A DNA stretch of 61,681 nucleotides from Dehalococcoidia bacterium. GTDB taxonomy: Bacteria > Chloroflexota > Dehalococcoidia > DSTF01 > WHTK01. Position 1 is the first letter of the stretch. Every line of letters begins with the position of its first letter. The notes below the pieces were generated by a model, which was not told where the DNA came from, made no database searches, and was given only the letters and a program-made list of their open reading frames with translations. The stretch covers positions 1 to 61,681 of the forward strand of contig DATLYJ010000089.1 in the NCBI GenBank assembly GCA_035574915.1, given 5' to 3'. The translations under genes were made by a program, and so were the position numbers. This document shows, in pieces, positions 44,197-52,344 of the stretch.

Positions 44197-45281
44197 ACGG
44201 CGAGGCGCTCCTACGTATCGAGGCCAGGCGACGCCTCAAGGGCTTCGAGCTAGACGTCCACCTCGTCAGCGACCGGGGTCGCACCGTGATCTTCGGGCCC
44301 TCCGGCAGTGGTAAGAGCATGACGCTACGCGCCATCGCGGGGGTCGAGAGGCTCGACGCCGGCGTGATCGAGGTCTGCGGGAGCACGCTCTTCGACAGTG
44401 CGCGCGGCATCGACCTGGCGCCACGCGCGCGGCGTGTCGGTTATGTGCCCCAGGGTTATGCCCTCTTCCCGCACATGACGGTGGAGGAGAACATCCTCTA
44501 CGGCGCGCCGGAACGCGGGGCGGCCGGGCTCGCACCGAGAGCCCTCCTCGAACTCACGGGCCTCTCCGGACTGGAGAAACGGCGTCCCCGGGAGCTGTCC
44601 GGAGGGCAGCAGCAGAGAGTTGCCCTTGCCCGGGCGCTGGCCAGCGAGCCGATGCTGCTCCTGCTCGATGAGCCCTTCAGCGCGCTCGACGTGGCGCTTC
44701 GCCGCCAGTTACGGGACGAGGTGATCGACCTGCAACGGCGCACCCACACCCCGCTGCTGGCCGTCACCCACGACCTACAGGACGCCTTCGAGCTGGGCGA
44801 GAGGATCGTGGTGATCTCGCAAGGAAGAGTGCTTCAGCAAGGCTCTCGCGAGGACCTGTTCTACCGGCCTGTGTCGAAAGAGGTCGCCAGGCTGGTGGGC
44901 ATGCGCAACCTCCTGGAGGCGCGCGTGGTCGGCCCGTGCCCTGGAGGCATCGTGGTCGACTGGCACGGCCACCGGCTGGAAGCGGAGACGCCGGAGCGTC
45001 TCGCCGCGGGCGAAAGGGTCACGCTTTCGGTGCGGCCCAGCCAGGTGATGGTGCGGCGCGAAGAAGACGCCGAAGGCAGGCACCGCAACACCATCGAAGG
45101 ACGCCTCGTCGAGGAGGTCGTGACTCCCGAGGGGTACCGGCTGAAGTTCCAGCCGTCTGGCAGCGGCGAGAGCATCGAGATCGAGCTTTCGGGCTACACG
45201 TATTTCCGCCTGGGCCTCGACCGCCGCAAGGAGATCGAGGTCTCCATCCGGCCCGATGCCCTGCACGTAATCGCGGGCTGA
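44193..45281 (+). CDS. modC: Molybdate ABC transporter ATP-binding protein with a C-terminal TOBE-like domain
   Basis: GPSGSGKSM, LSGGQQQRVALARAL, LLLDEPFSALD. ATGA overlap with modB. The 563-aa ORF-track extension was rejected. Confidence 0.9.
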   Translation: MNGEALLRIEARRRLKGFELDVHLVSDRGRTVIFGPSGSGKSMTLRAIAGVERLDAGVIEVCGSTLFDSARGIDLAPRARRVGYVPQGYALFPHMTVEENILYGAPERGAAGLAPRALLELTGLSGLEKRRPRELSGGQQQRVALARALASEPMLLLLDEPFSALDVALRRQLRDEVIDLQRRTHTPLLAVTHDLQDAFELGERIVVISQGRVLQQGSREDLFYRPVSKEVARLVGMRNLLEARVVGPCPGGIVVDWHGHRLEAETPERLAAGERVTLSVRPSQVMVRREEDAEGRHRNTIEGRLVEEVVTPEGYRLKFQPSGSGESIEIELSGYTYFRLGLDRRKEIEVSIRPDALHVIAG

Positions 45282-45358
45282 GCGGCAGCGGCGCACTGCA
45301 TCAGCTAATCTGGGCTGGCGGACATGCCGGGGCCTGTTGCCGCCGAGGCCCGAAGTCG

Positions 45359-46009
45359 ATGCAGGAGCAGCAAGAAACCACTGCCGCGCCCTTCGTGCCG
45401 CCAACGGGCGACCTCGGCGAACTGCGGGCGGCGGCGGCAGGATGCCGCGGCTGCGAGCTGTACAAGCGCGGCACCCAGACCGTGTTCGGGGCTGGTCCTG
45501 GCCACGCCCGGCTGATGCTGGTCGGAGAGCAGCCGGGTGAGCAGGAGGACGTGCAGGGGGCGCCCTTTGTTGGCCCCGCGGGCAAGATGCTTGACAGGGC
45601 ACTGGAGCGCGCCGGGCTTGACCGGCAGCAACTCTACGTGACCAAAGCCGTCAAGCACTTCAAGTGGGAACCGCGCGGCAAGAGGCGCATACACTCGACC
45701 CCGCGCGAGAGCGAGGTCCGGTCCTGCCGCCCCTGGCTCGAGGCCGAGATCGGCGCTGTCCAGCCCGCGCTTATCGTCGCCCTGGGCTCGACAGCGGCGT
45801 CGGCCGTTTTCGGCCCCGGCGTCAGGGTGATGCGTGACCGGGGCCAGGTCCTCGACACGCGTTTCGGCGTGCCGGGCCTGGTGACCGTGCACCCTTCGGC
45901 CCTACTCCGTGCGCCGGACGAGGCCTCGCGTCAACAGGCTTTCGCGGCGCTGGTGCGTGACCTCGAGGTCGTGGTCGCGGTCCTCTCAGGTCTGGTGGAG
46001 AGATCCTGA
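45359..46009 (+). CDS. udgX: Family-4-like uracil-DNA glycosylase of the UdgX type
   Basis: CRGCELY, LVGEQPGEQED (GEQPG motif A), FKWEPRGKRRIHSTP (KRRIH loop), VTVHPSALLR (motif B). Confidence 0.78.
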   Translation: MQEQQETTAAPFVPPTGDLGELRAAAAGCRGCELYKRGTQTVFGAGPGHARLMLVGEQPGEQEDVQGAPFVGPAGKMLDRALERAGLDRQQLYVTKAVKHFKWEPRGKRRIHSTPRESEVRSCRPWLEAEIGAVQPALIVALGSTAASAVFGPGVRVMRDRGQVLDTRFGVPGLVTVHPSALLRAPDEASRQQAFAALVRDLEVVVAVLSGLVERS

Positions 46010-46033
46010 CAGACAGGAGTTAGATGGCCGCGA

Positions 46034-47161
46034 GTGGCCTGGCGGAGGCTGCGGTTAGAATTAGCGCAGACGCTCCGACGCCCAGACGGCCTCGACCAGG
46101 ACACCGACATCCCGCGCTTTTCCTTCTTGCCTGGCATCGCAGTAGTTCTCGCCCTCGTGCTCACGGCGTGTGGCGGGCAGCAGCTCGCGCCCGGGTCGAA
46201 CGAGGCGCCGGACGGTCCGGGGACGGCTGGGCCGGTAACGCGCTCTCCCGGGTCGGCTCTCGAGTCGGCGACGTCCACGGCAGGCGAACGGGTGCGGCTC
46301 AGCGTGAGTCAGTCAACGACAACGTATCCCGTCTACGGCAGCACGGGCGATGAGGTGCTCGCTTACATCGAGCGCTTCGGGCCGCTGGACGAGGACGGCC
46401 AGCGGGCCAGCGGCGTCACGAACTACAGCTCGCGGCTGGATTGGCGGCCGGGCGGCAACCCGCGAGCCTGTGCTATCGCCTCCATGACCATAGAGGTCGA
46501 CCTGCGGGTGCTGCTCCCCGCGCTCGACGCATCGGCGCCGGTCCCAGCGGACGTGCGCTCGCGCTGGGCCGTCTTCGCCGCGGGCGTAGCTTCGCATGAG
46601 CAGAGGCACGTGGACATCTACCTGGCAGGCGTCCAGCGGATCAAGGAGCGCATGCTGGCGATCCCCCCGGCGAGCAGCTGCACGGCGCTGGAGGCGCAGG
46701 TGAACGAGGTCTGGGAGGGCGAGCAGCGCGCGCTCGATGAGGAGCAGGAGCGATTTCACGCCGAGGAGCGGCGCCGTGTCGAGGGCCTGCGAGCGCCCAT
46801 TCGCGCCCAGATCGAGGCGGCGCGCGCGCGCCTGCAGTCGTTGGGAGACCAGATCAGCGGCGTGGACAGTTCGCTCTCGTCGCTGTCGGCCCAGCTCTCG
46901 GCCCTGCGCGATTTGCTGGCCGGCCTCACCAGCCAGCTCCAGGCTATCGAGAGCCGTTACCAGGGAGAGGCGTTGCCCTCAGACGTGTATCAGCAGTACC
47001 AGGCCTTGCGCGGCCAGTACAACGCGCTCATCCCGGGCTACAACACGCTCGTCGATAACTACAACTCGCTGCTCGGGACGCGGGCGGAACTGGTCAGGCA
47101 GGCGGAGGCGCTGCAGGGCCAGCTCAACGACCTTGTCGACGAGTTCAACTGGACGAGATAG
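46034..47161 (+). CDS. DUF922-like putative secreted Zn-protease lipoprotein with a long C-terminal coiled coil
   Basis: Lipobox LVLTAC|GG; HEQRHVDIY motif; C-terminal Q/L-rich heptads. Start uncertain. Confidence 0.68.
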   Translation: MAWRRLRLELAQTLRRPDGLDQDTDIPRFSFLPGIAVVLALVLTACGGQQLAPGSNEAPDGPGTAGPVTRSPGSALESATSTAGERVRLSVSQSTTTYPVYGSTGDEVLAYIERFGPLDEDGQRASGVTNYSSRLDWRPGGNPRACAIASMTIEVDLRVLLPALDASAPVPADVRSRWAVFAAGVASHEQRHVDIYLAGVQRIKERMLAIPPASSCTALEAQVNEVWEGEQRALDEEQERFHAEERRRVEGLRAPIRAQIEAARARLQSLGDQISGVDSSLSSLSAQLSALRDLLAGLTSQLQAIESRYQGEALPSDVYQQYQALRGQYNALIPGYNTLVDNYNSLLGTRAELVRQAEALQGQLNDLVDEFNWTR

Positions 47162-47198
47162 GCACGTCGAGAGGGCCATCGCTCGGCCGCAACTCGGA

Positions 47199-47228
47199 TT
47201 GCCGCCCGGATCAGGGCGCGCCTATAAT
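47199..47228 (+). promoter_or_regulatory. Promoter TTGCCG-N18-TATAAT upstream of the transketolase operon
   Basis: TTGCCG 47199-47204; perfect TATAAT 47223-47228. Confidence 0.45.
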
Positions 47229-47243
47229 CGGGCTGGAAGCGAG

Positions 47244-47270
47244 ATGACGGGACAAAGGTTGGGGTCCTGA
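47244..47270 (+). other. 8-codon upstream ORF (MTGQRLGS) whose TGA overlaps the proposed CTG start of the transketolase N-subunit
   Basis: ATG lies 15 nt after TATAAT. TGA 47268-47270 and CTG 47267-47269 form CTGA. Confidence 0.3.
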
Positions 47271-48166
47271 GTCTTTTTCAGCCCTACTCCGACGACCAGA
47301 TATCGGCAGCTGTAAAGCGGGCGCGGCGCAACATCATCGAGATGATTTTCGCCGCGCAGAGCGGGCATCCCGGGGGCTCCCTGTCGGCCGTCGAGATACT
47401 TGCCGCCCTCTACCTGCGCGTGATGCGCCATGACCCGGAGCGACCGGACTGGCCCGACCGCGACCGCTTCGTGCTGAGCAAGGCCCACAGCGTCCCCGTG
47501 TTGTACGCGTTCCTGGCCGAGTGTGGCTATTTCCCGGCGGAAGAGCTGATGACGTTCCGGCGCATCAACAGCCGCCTCCAGGGCCACAGCAAGGTCAACA
47601 CCGTACCTGGTGTCGAGATGTCGGGCGGATCGCTGGGCCAGGGGCTCTCGTACTCCATCGGTCAGTGCCTTGCAGCAAGGCTGGACGGACGGGACTACCG
47701 GGTCTACTGCCTTCTTGGCGACGGCGAACTGGATGAGGGGCAGGTCTGGGAGGCCGCCATGGCGGCCGCTCACCACCAGGTGTCCAACCTCACGGCGATC
47801 GTCGACCGTAACCACGTCCAGAACGACGGCTTTGGCGACTACGAGCGCGTTTCGGTCGACGGCCGGCCCGTCCCGGGCGGCTGGGTGCGGCCCGACGGGC
47901 ACACCGTGAACATCATGAACCTGGAGCCTTTGGCGGATAAGTGGCGCGCCTTCGGCTGGCGGGTGCAGGAGGTCGATGGCCACGACGTCCACGCCCTGGT
48001 GGAGGCGCTGGAGCGCGCGAAGGGCAGCCTCGGAGGTCCGAGCGTGATCATCGCGCACACGGTAAAGGGCAAGGGCGTGAGCTTCATGGAGAACAACCCC
48101 GCCTTCCACGGCAAGGCCCCGAACCCGGAGGAGAGGGAGCGGGCGCTGGCGGAGATCGGCGTATGA
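47267..48166 (+). CDS. Transketolase, N-terminal subunit (start unresolved; CTG 47267 proposed)
   Basis: AAQSGHPGGSLSAVEILAALY, GDGELDEGQVWEA. The first ATG (47342) leaves only 6 aa before SGH, yet the upstream in-frame sequence SDDQISAAVKRARRNIIEM looks like the conserved N-terminal helix. Confidence 0.85.
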   Translation: MSLFQPYSDDQISAAVKRARRNIIEMIFAAQSGHPGGSLSAVEILAALYLRVMRHDPERPDWPDRDRFVLSKAHSVPVLYAFLAECGYFPAEELMTFRRINSRLQGHSKVNTVPGVEMSGGSLGQGLSYSIGQCLAARLDGRDYRVYCLLGDGELDEGQVWEAAMAAAHHQVSNLTAIVDRNHVQNDGFGDYERVSVDGRPVPGGWVRPDGHTVNIMNLEPLADKWRAFGWRVQEVDGHDVHALVEALERAKGSLGGPSVIIAHTVKGKGVSFMENNPAFHGKAPNPEERERALAEIGV

Positions 48167-49116
48167 CGACGACGCAGCAACCGCCCGCCGCCACGCGAGA
48201 AGCCTTCGGCCCGACCCTGGTGCGTCTCGCCCAGGAAGGACTCGATATCGTGGTCTGCGACGCCGACCTCGGCGTCTCGACGACGGCGGCTACGTTCGGC
48301 AAGGCCTTCCCGCAGCGCTTCTTCACGCTGGGGCCGGCCGAGGCGAACATGATCGGCATCGCCGCCGGGCTCGCGGCCGAGGGCAAAGTCGCCTGGGCGA
48401 GCACTTTCGCCGTCTTCATGCCCGGACGATGCTTCGACCAGATCCGCGTGAGCGTCGCGCAGCCCAACCTCAATGTGAAGCTGTTCGCCAGTCACGGCGG
48501 GATATCGGTGGGCGAAGACGGCATCTCGGCCCAGGCGATCGAGGACCTTGCCCTGATGTGCTCGCTCCTGAACTTCACTGTCGTCGTGCCCGCGGACGTG
48601 AACGAGACGGCGAGCGCGGTCGAGGCGGCGTCGAGGGCGAAGGGACCGTTCTACATACGCGCCGGCCGTCCGAAGATCCCCGTCATCTATGAGCCCGGGC
48701 ACAAAATCACCCTCGGCAAGGCAGACCGGCTGCGCGAGGGCCGCGACGTGACCATCGTCGCCAGCGGCATCATGGTGAAGATGGCCTTGGACGCGGCGGC
48801 GACGCTGGCGGAGAGAGGGATCGAGGCCAGGGTGCTGAATATGTCCACATTGCGCCCGCTGGACGGTGAGGCCCTGGAGAGGGCGGCGCGCGAGACAGGC
48901 GCCATCGTGACGGCCGAGGAGCACCTCGTGCACTGCGGGCTCGGAGCGCTGGTGGCGCAGCACCTGGCCGCGCGGGCGCCTGTGCCGATGGGCTTCGTGG
49001 GCATGAAAGACCGCTACGCAGAGTCCGGCAGGTGGGACGAGCTACTCCAGAAGTACGACCTCACTCCGGACGCCATCGTGCGCGAATGCGAGGCGGTGGT
49101 CCGGCGCAAGGCGTAG
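48163..49116 (+). CDS. Transketolase, C-terminal subunit
   Basis: REAFGPTLVRLA..., FTLGPAEANMIGIAAGLA. ATGA overlap with the N-subunit. Confidence 0.9.
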   Translation: MTTTQQPPAATREAFGPTLVRLAQEGLDIVVCDADLGVSTTAATFGKAFPQRFFTLGPAEANMIGIAAGLAAEGKVAWASTFAVFMPGRCFDQIRVSVAQPNLNVKLFASHGGISVGEDGISAQAIEDLALMCSLLNFTVVVPADVNETASAVEAASRAKGPFYIRAGRPKIPVIYEPGHKITLGKADRLREGRDVTIVASGIMVKMALDAAATLAERGIEARVLNMSTLRPLDGEALERAARETGAIVTAEEHLVHCGLGALVAQHLAARAPVPMGFVGMKDRYAESGRWDELLQKYDLTPDAIVRECEAVVRRKA

Positions 49117-49151
49117 TCACGCTGCACTGACGGGGTAAGTCGGATGAGTAA

Positions 49152-49176
49152 GGGCTGGTCAGTAACTGACCAGCCC
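49152..49176. terminator. Perfect 11-bp stem hairpin between convergent genes (bidirectional terminator candidate)
   Basis: GGGCTGGTCAG taa CTGACCAGCCC, between the transketolase stop (49116) and the SBP stop (49201). Confidence 0.6.
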
Positions 49177-49200
49177 CTGTGCTGCGTGCGGGATGTCCCG

Positions 49201-51033
49201 CTACGTCTTGAAGGGCGGCTTTGTGCGGTCGAGCCAGAGGTGGATGGCCGTCTCCGTGCCGCCGCCATAGTTGGAGCCCGCGAGGAAGACACCGGCGTTG
49301 CCGACGCAGGGCCAGGTGAGGCTGAAACCGGCGGCCTGCCCGGGGAACGGCACCGCGTACATGGCCTTGGCCATGTACTGCTGGTAGCGCTTGGCGATCT
49401 CCTTGCGCTTCTCGGTATCGAATTCGCGCTTGATCTCCTCCAGTAGCTTCGTGACCTCGGGGTCTCCCGCTGTCGGGTTGCGGCCGCTGGGGTCGAAGCC
49501 CTTGAAGCGCGGGCCCTTGGGATGGAAGCGGGCGAACATGAAGTTGCCGACATCGGCGTCCGTGTTGTCCGCGCCAATGGCCATGCCTTCGAAGGCGCCC
49601 TTGCCGTAGTAGTAGTTGCTCAGCCAGACCGTCTGGTAGTCGGGATTGTTGACCTTGGTCTTGATGCCGACCTCGTTCAGGAAGCCGATCTGGATGTTGG
49701 CTTGGTCGACGAAGTTGCGGCCGTACTGGGAGGTGGAGATGTGGTAGATGGGTATCTCTGCCCCGTTGTAGCCGGCGGCGGAGATCAGCTTCTTCGCCTC
49801 GGCCGGGTCGTACCTGAAGTACTTGGCGTTGGCGCCGAAGGCCTTCTCGTCCTGCGGGTCCAGCCACCAGCCGTCAAGGCCGGAGGAGAGGTGGCTGTGC
49901 CAGCGCTTCGCGACAGGTAGACCGACGTCCTCGAACGCCTGGGTGTTGTAGATGGCCTCGATCCAGAGGTCGCGGTCATAAGACATCGCGACTGCCTGGC
50001 GCATGCGCTCGTCCCTGAAGGGCGAGTTGCCCTCGTATCCGAACCAGGAGTTGAACCACAGTAGGTTGAAGTTGCCCTGGAGCATCAGGAGCGCGGGGAT
50101 GTCGCGCTTCGTCTGGAGGATGTCGGTGTCCTGCACGGCGAAGATGAAGACGTTGCCGGCACGGAATTGCGACAGCCCCGAAGCGTATTCGCTGACGATC
50201 GGCTGGTCGTACTTGTCGAGGAACGGGCGGTCTGTCCGGTACCAGTTCGGGTTTCGGGCCCAGGTGAAGCCCACCGACGGTTCGTACTTCTCCAGGAACC
50301 AGGCGCTCGAGCCGCGCATCTCCCGCCGCGGGTCAAAGCCGCCGTCCGCCTCCTTCGGAATTATGTAGAGGTCCGAAGTGGAGGACAGTCCCGCGAGGAC
50401 ACTGGAGTCCGGAGCGCCGAGCTTTACGACCAGAGTCCTCGAATCCGGAGCGGACATAGACTCGATCGGCGCGTCCGGGCTGGCCGCGCGCGCGAGATTG
50501 GCCCGATATGGCGATAGGTTCGCGTAGCGCTCCCAGGAGAAGACGATGTCCTCGGCGCTGACGGCCCGGCCGTTAGTCGGCGCCCTCGCATCCCACTTGG
50601 CGTTCGGGCGCAGCTTGAAGGTGATTTGGAGCTTGTCCCCCGAGACCTCCCAGCTCTCGGCGAGGTCGCCTTCGACATCGCGCGTCGAGGGTACCTTATA
50701 GCCGGGAATGTTCTTGAGGATGCGGCTATAGACCCAGCCGGCGGCGACCTGGGTGGTGAACGACTGCGAGGTCAACGGGTCAAAGGAGGTGACGTCGGAA
50801 GTCGTCAGGGACTGCATCGTGCCGCCGCGGACGGCTATGTTGGACGTGTCGACTCGCTCGCCGAGCAGGCCAGAGCTGTCCTTGGGTCCCTTATCGCCCG
50901 CGTCGTCGCCGCCGCCGCAGCCGACCAGGCCGATAGCAGCGGCGCCAGCCCCCGCCATGGCGACGCCCTGAATGGCCCTTCGCCTGCTGATGCTCGCAAG
51001 ACGGAACCGCTCCCAATAGGACTCCCGCTTCAT
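49201..51033 (-). CDS. ABC transporter substrate-binding protein family 5, Tat-signal lipoprotein
   Basis: SRRRAIQGVAMAGAGAAAIGLVGC|GG (twin-arginine plus lipobox). Family-5 SBP body. No transporter partners are adjacent. Confidence 0.88.
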   Translation of the reverse strand: MKRESYWERFRLASISRRRAIQGVAMAGAGAAAIGLVGCGGGDDAGDKGPKDSSGLLGERVDTSNIAVRGGTMQSLTTSDVTSFDPLTSQSFTTQVAAGWVYSRILKNIPGYKVPSTRDVEGDLAESWEVSGDKLQITFKLRPNAKWDARAPTNGRAVSAEDIVFSWERYANLSPYRANLARAASPDAPIESMSAPDSRTLVVKLGAPDSSVLAGLSSTSDLYIIPKEADGGFDPRREMRGSSAWFLEKYEPSVGFTWARNPNWYRTDRPFLDKYDQPIVSEYASGLSQFRAGNVFIFAVQDTDILQTKRDIPALLMLQGNFNLLWFNSWFGYEGNSPFRDERMRQAVAMSYDRDLWIEAIYNTQAFEDVGLPVAKRWHSHLSSGLDGWWLDPQDEKAFGANAKYFRYDPAEAKKLISAAGYNGAEIPIYHISTSQYGRNFVDQANIQIGFLNEVGIKTKVNNPDYQTVWLSNYYYGKGAFEGMAIGADNTDADVGNFMFARFHPKGPRFKGFDPSGRNPTAGDPEVTKLLEEIKREFDTEKRKEIAKRYQQYMAKAMYAVPFPGQAAGFSLTWPCVGNAGVFLAGSNYGGGTETAIHLWLDRTKPPFKT

Positions 51034-51147
51034 ATGGCCCTCCTCCGCAAAACGCTGCAGTAATGCGCGAAACGTATGGGGCGATTCTACCCCTCGTTCA
51101 GAGTACGGCCTACGGTAGCGGGAAGATTTGCGACATGCCGGGGCCTG

Positions 51148-52344
51148 TCAGATGGCGCCCTCCGCCAGGGGATGCCCGGCGACGCGATAGTAGTGGCGTT
51201 CCATCAGAAGCATGTTCCGTTCCAGGTCGCCCTGCTGGCGTACCCTTTCCCGGTTCGGCTCCACGGCTCCGCGGCGCAGGACGTCGTCCGTAAGCGCGAG
51301 GTGGAGACTCGTGGCGAGAGCGTCGATGTCGCGCACCGGCACGCGCAGGCCGTTGACGCCATGAGTGATCCACCCGTCCTGGCTGGGCAGGTCCGAGACG
51401 ACCGGAAAGGCGCCCGCGGTCATCGCCTCCATGGTGCTGAGGGGGAACGAATCGGACGACGGCACGGAGACGTAGACATGGGAGGCGTTTAGCAGCTCGC
51501 GCAGCCGTGCCTGGCTTGCCTGTCCGATGAAGGAGACGGAGAAGCCGAGGCCCAGGCCGGCAGCGAGGCGTTCCAGGCGCGGCCGCTGCGAGCCGTCGTT
51601 TGCCACGACGAGCCGGGCGGAGGGAAGTCGCCTCCGGAGGAGGGCGAACGCCCGCAGCACCACGTCGATGTTGTACAGGGGCTCGAGGGCGCGCGTGCTC
51701 GCCACCGTCGGCGGGCTGCTGTCGCGGCCGGCATTGACGCTGAGCAGTGGCGCGTCGAGCCAGTCCCGGTCCAGGCCGAGCCGGATCACCGCGGCCCGCT
51801 CGGCCGGCACGCCGAGGTGGACCGCCTCGCGCACCAGGGCGGGATCGTTGCCCGTGACCAGCGCCGCCCTCCGGAGGGCGTAGCGCGCAATCGCCGCGCC
51901 GGCCGGCGTCCGCGGCGCGTTGTAGAGGTCCGAGCCCCAGGCGCTCAAGACCAGTGGTTCGAATCCCGACATGGCGGCGTAGAAGCCATGCTCGACCACG
52001 TAGTGGGCGTGGAGGAGGTCGGGTTTGATCTCCGCCAGGAGGCGGCTCAGGCCCGCCCTTCGAAACCGCAGCGCATTAGCGAGCCGCATCAGGGAGGGCG
52101 GGATGCGGGAGGCGGCCCGGCGGACGGGGCCGCCCTCTCCCCGGGCGCCCGCGGGCCCGCGCTCCGAAGAGGCGAGGGCGTGTACCACGGCGCCCGGCAG
52201 CTCTCGCCCCGGTGGGTAATAGCTGATCGCGTGGACGTCATGGCCCCGGGCTATGAAGACCTTGATCCATCGCCAGGCGTGCGGTGAGTCGAAGTTGGCC
52301 AGCACGGCGAGGCGGAGGGGCCGCCCGGGGAGCTCGCCGGGCAT
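51148..52344 (-). CDS. Glycosyltransferase family 4 (GT-B)
   Basis: LRLAVLANFDSPHAWRWIKVFIARGHDVHAI N-domain; C-terminal EAMTAGAFPVVSD (E-x7-E-like region). Confidence 0.85.
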   Translation of the reverse strand: MPGELPGRPLRLAVLANFDSPHAWRWIKVFIARGHDVHAISYYPPGRELPGAVVHALASSERGPAGARGEGGPVRRAASRIPPSLMRLANALRFRRAGLSRLLAEIKPDLLHAHYVVEHGFYAAMSGFEPLVLSAWGSDLYNAPRTPAGAAIARYALRRAALVTGNDPALVREAVHLGVPAERAAVIRLGLDRDWLDAPLLSVNAGRDSSPPTVASTRALEPLYNIDVVLRAFALLRRRLPSARLVVANDGSQRPRLERLAAGLGLGFSVSFIGQASQARLRELLNASHVYVSVPSSDSFPLSTMEAMTAGAFPVVSDLPSQDGWITHGVNGLRVPVRDIDALATSLHLALTDDVLRRGAVEPNRERVRQQGDLERNMLLMERHYYRVAGHPLAEGAI

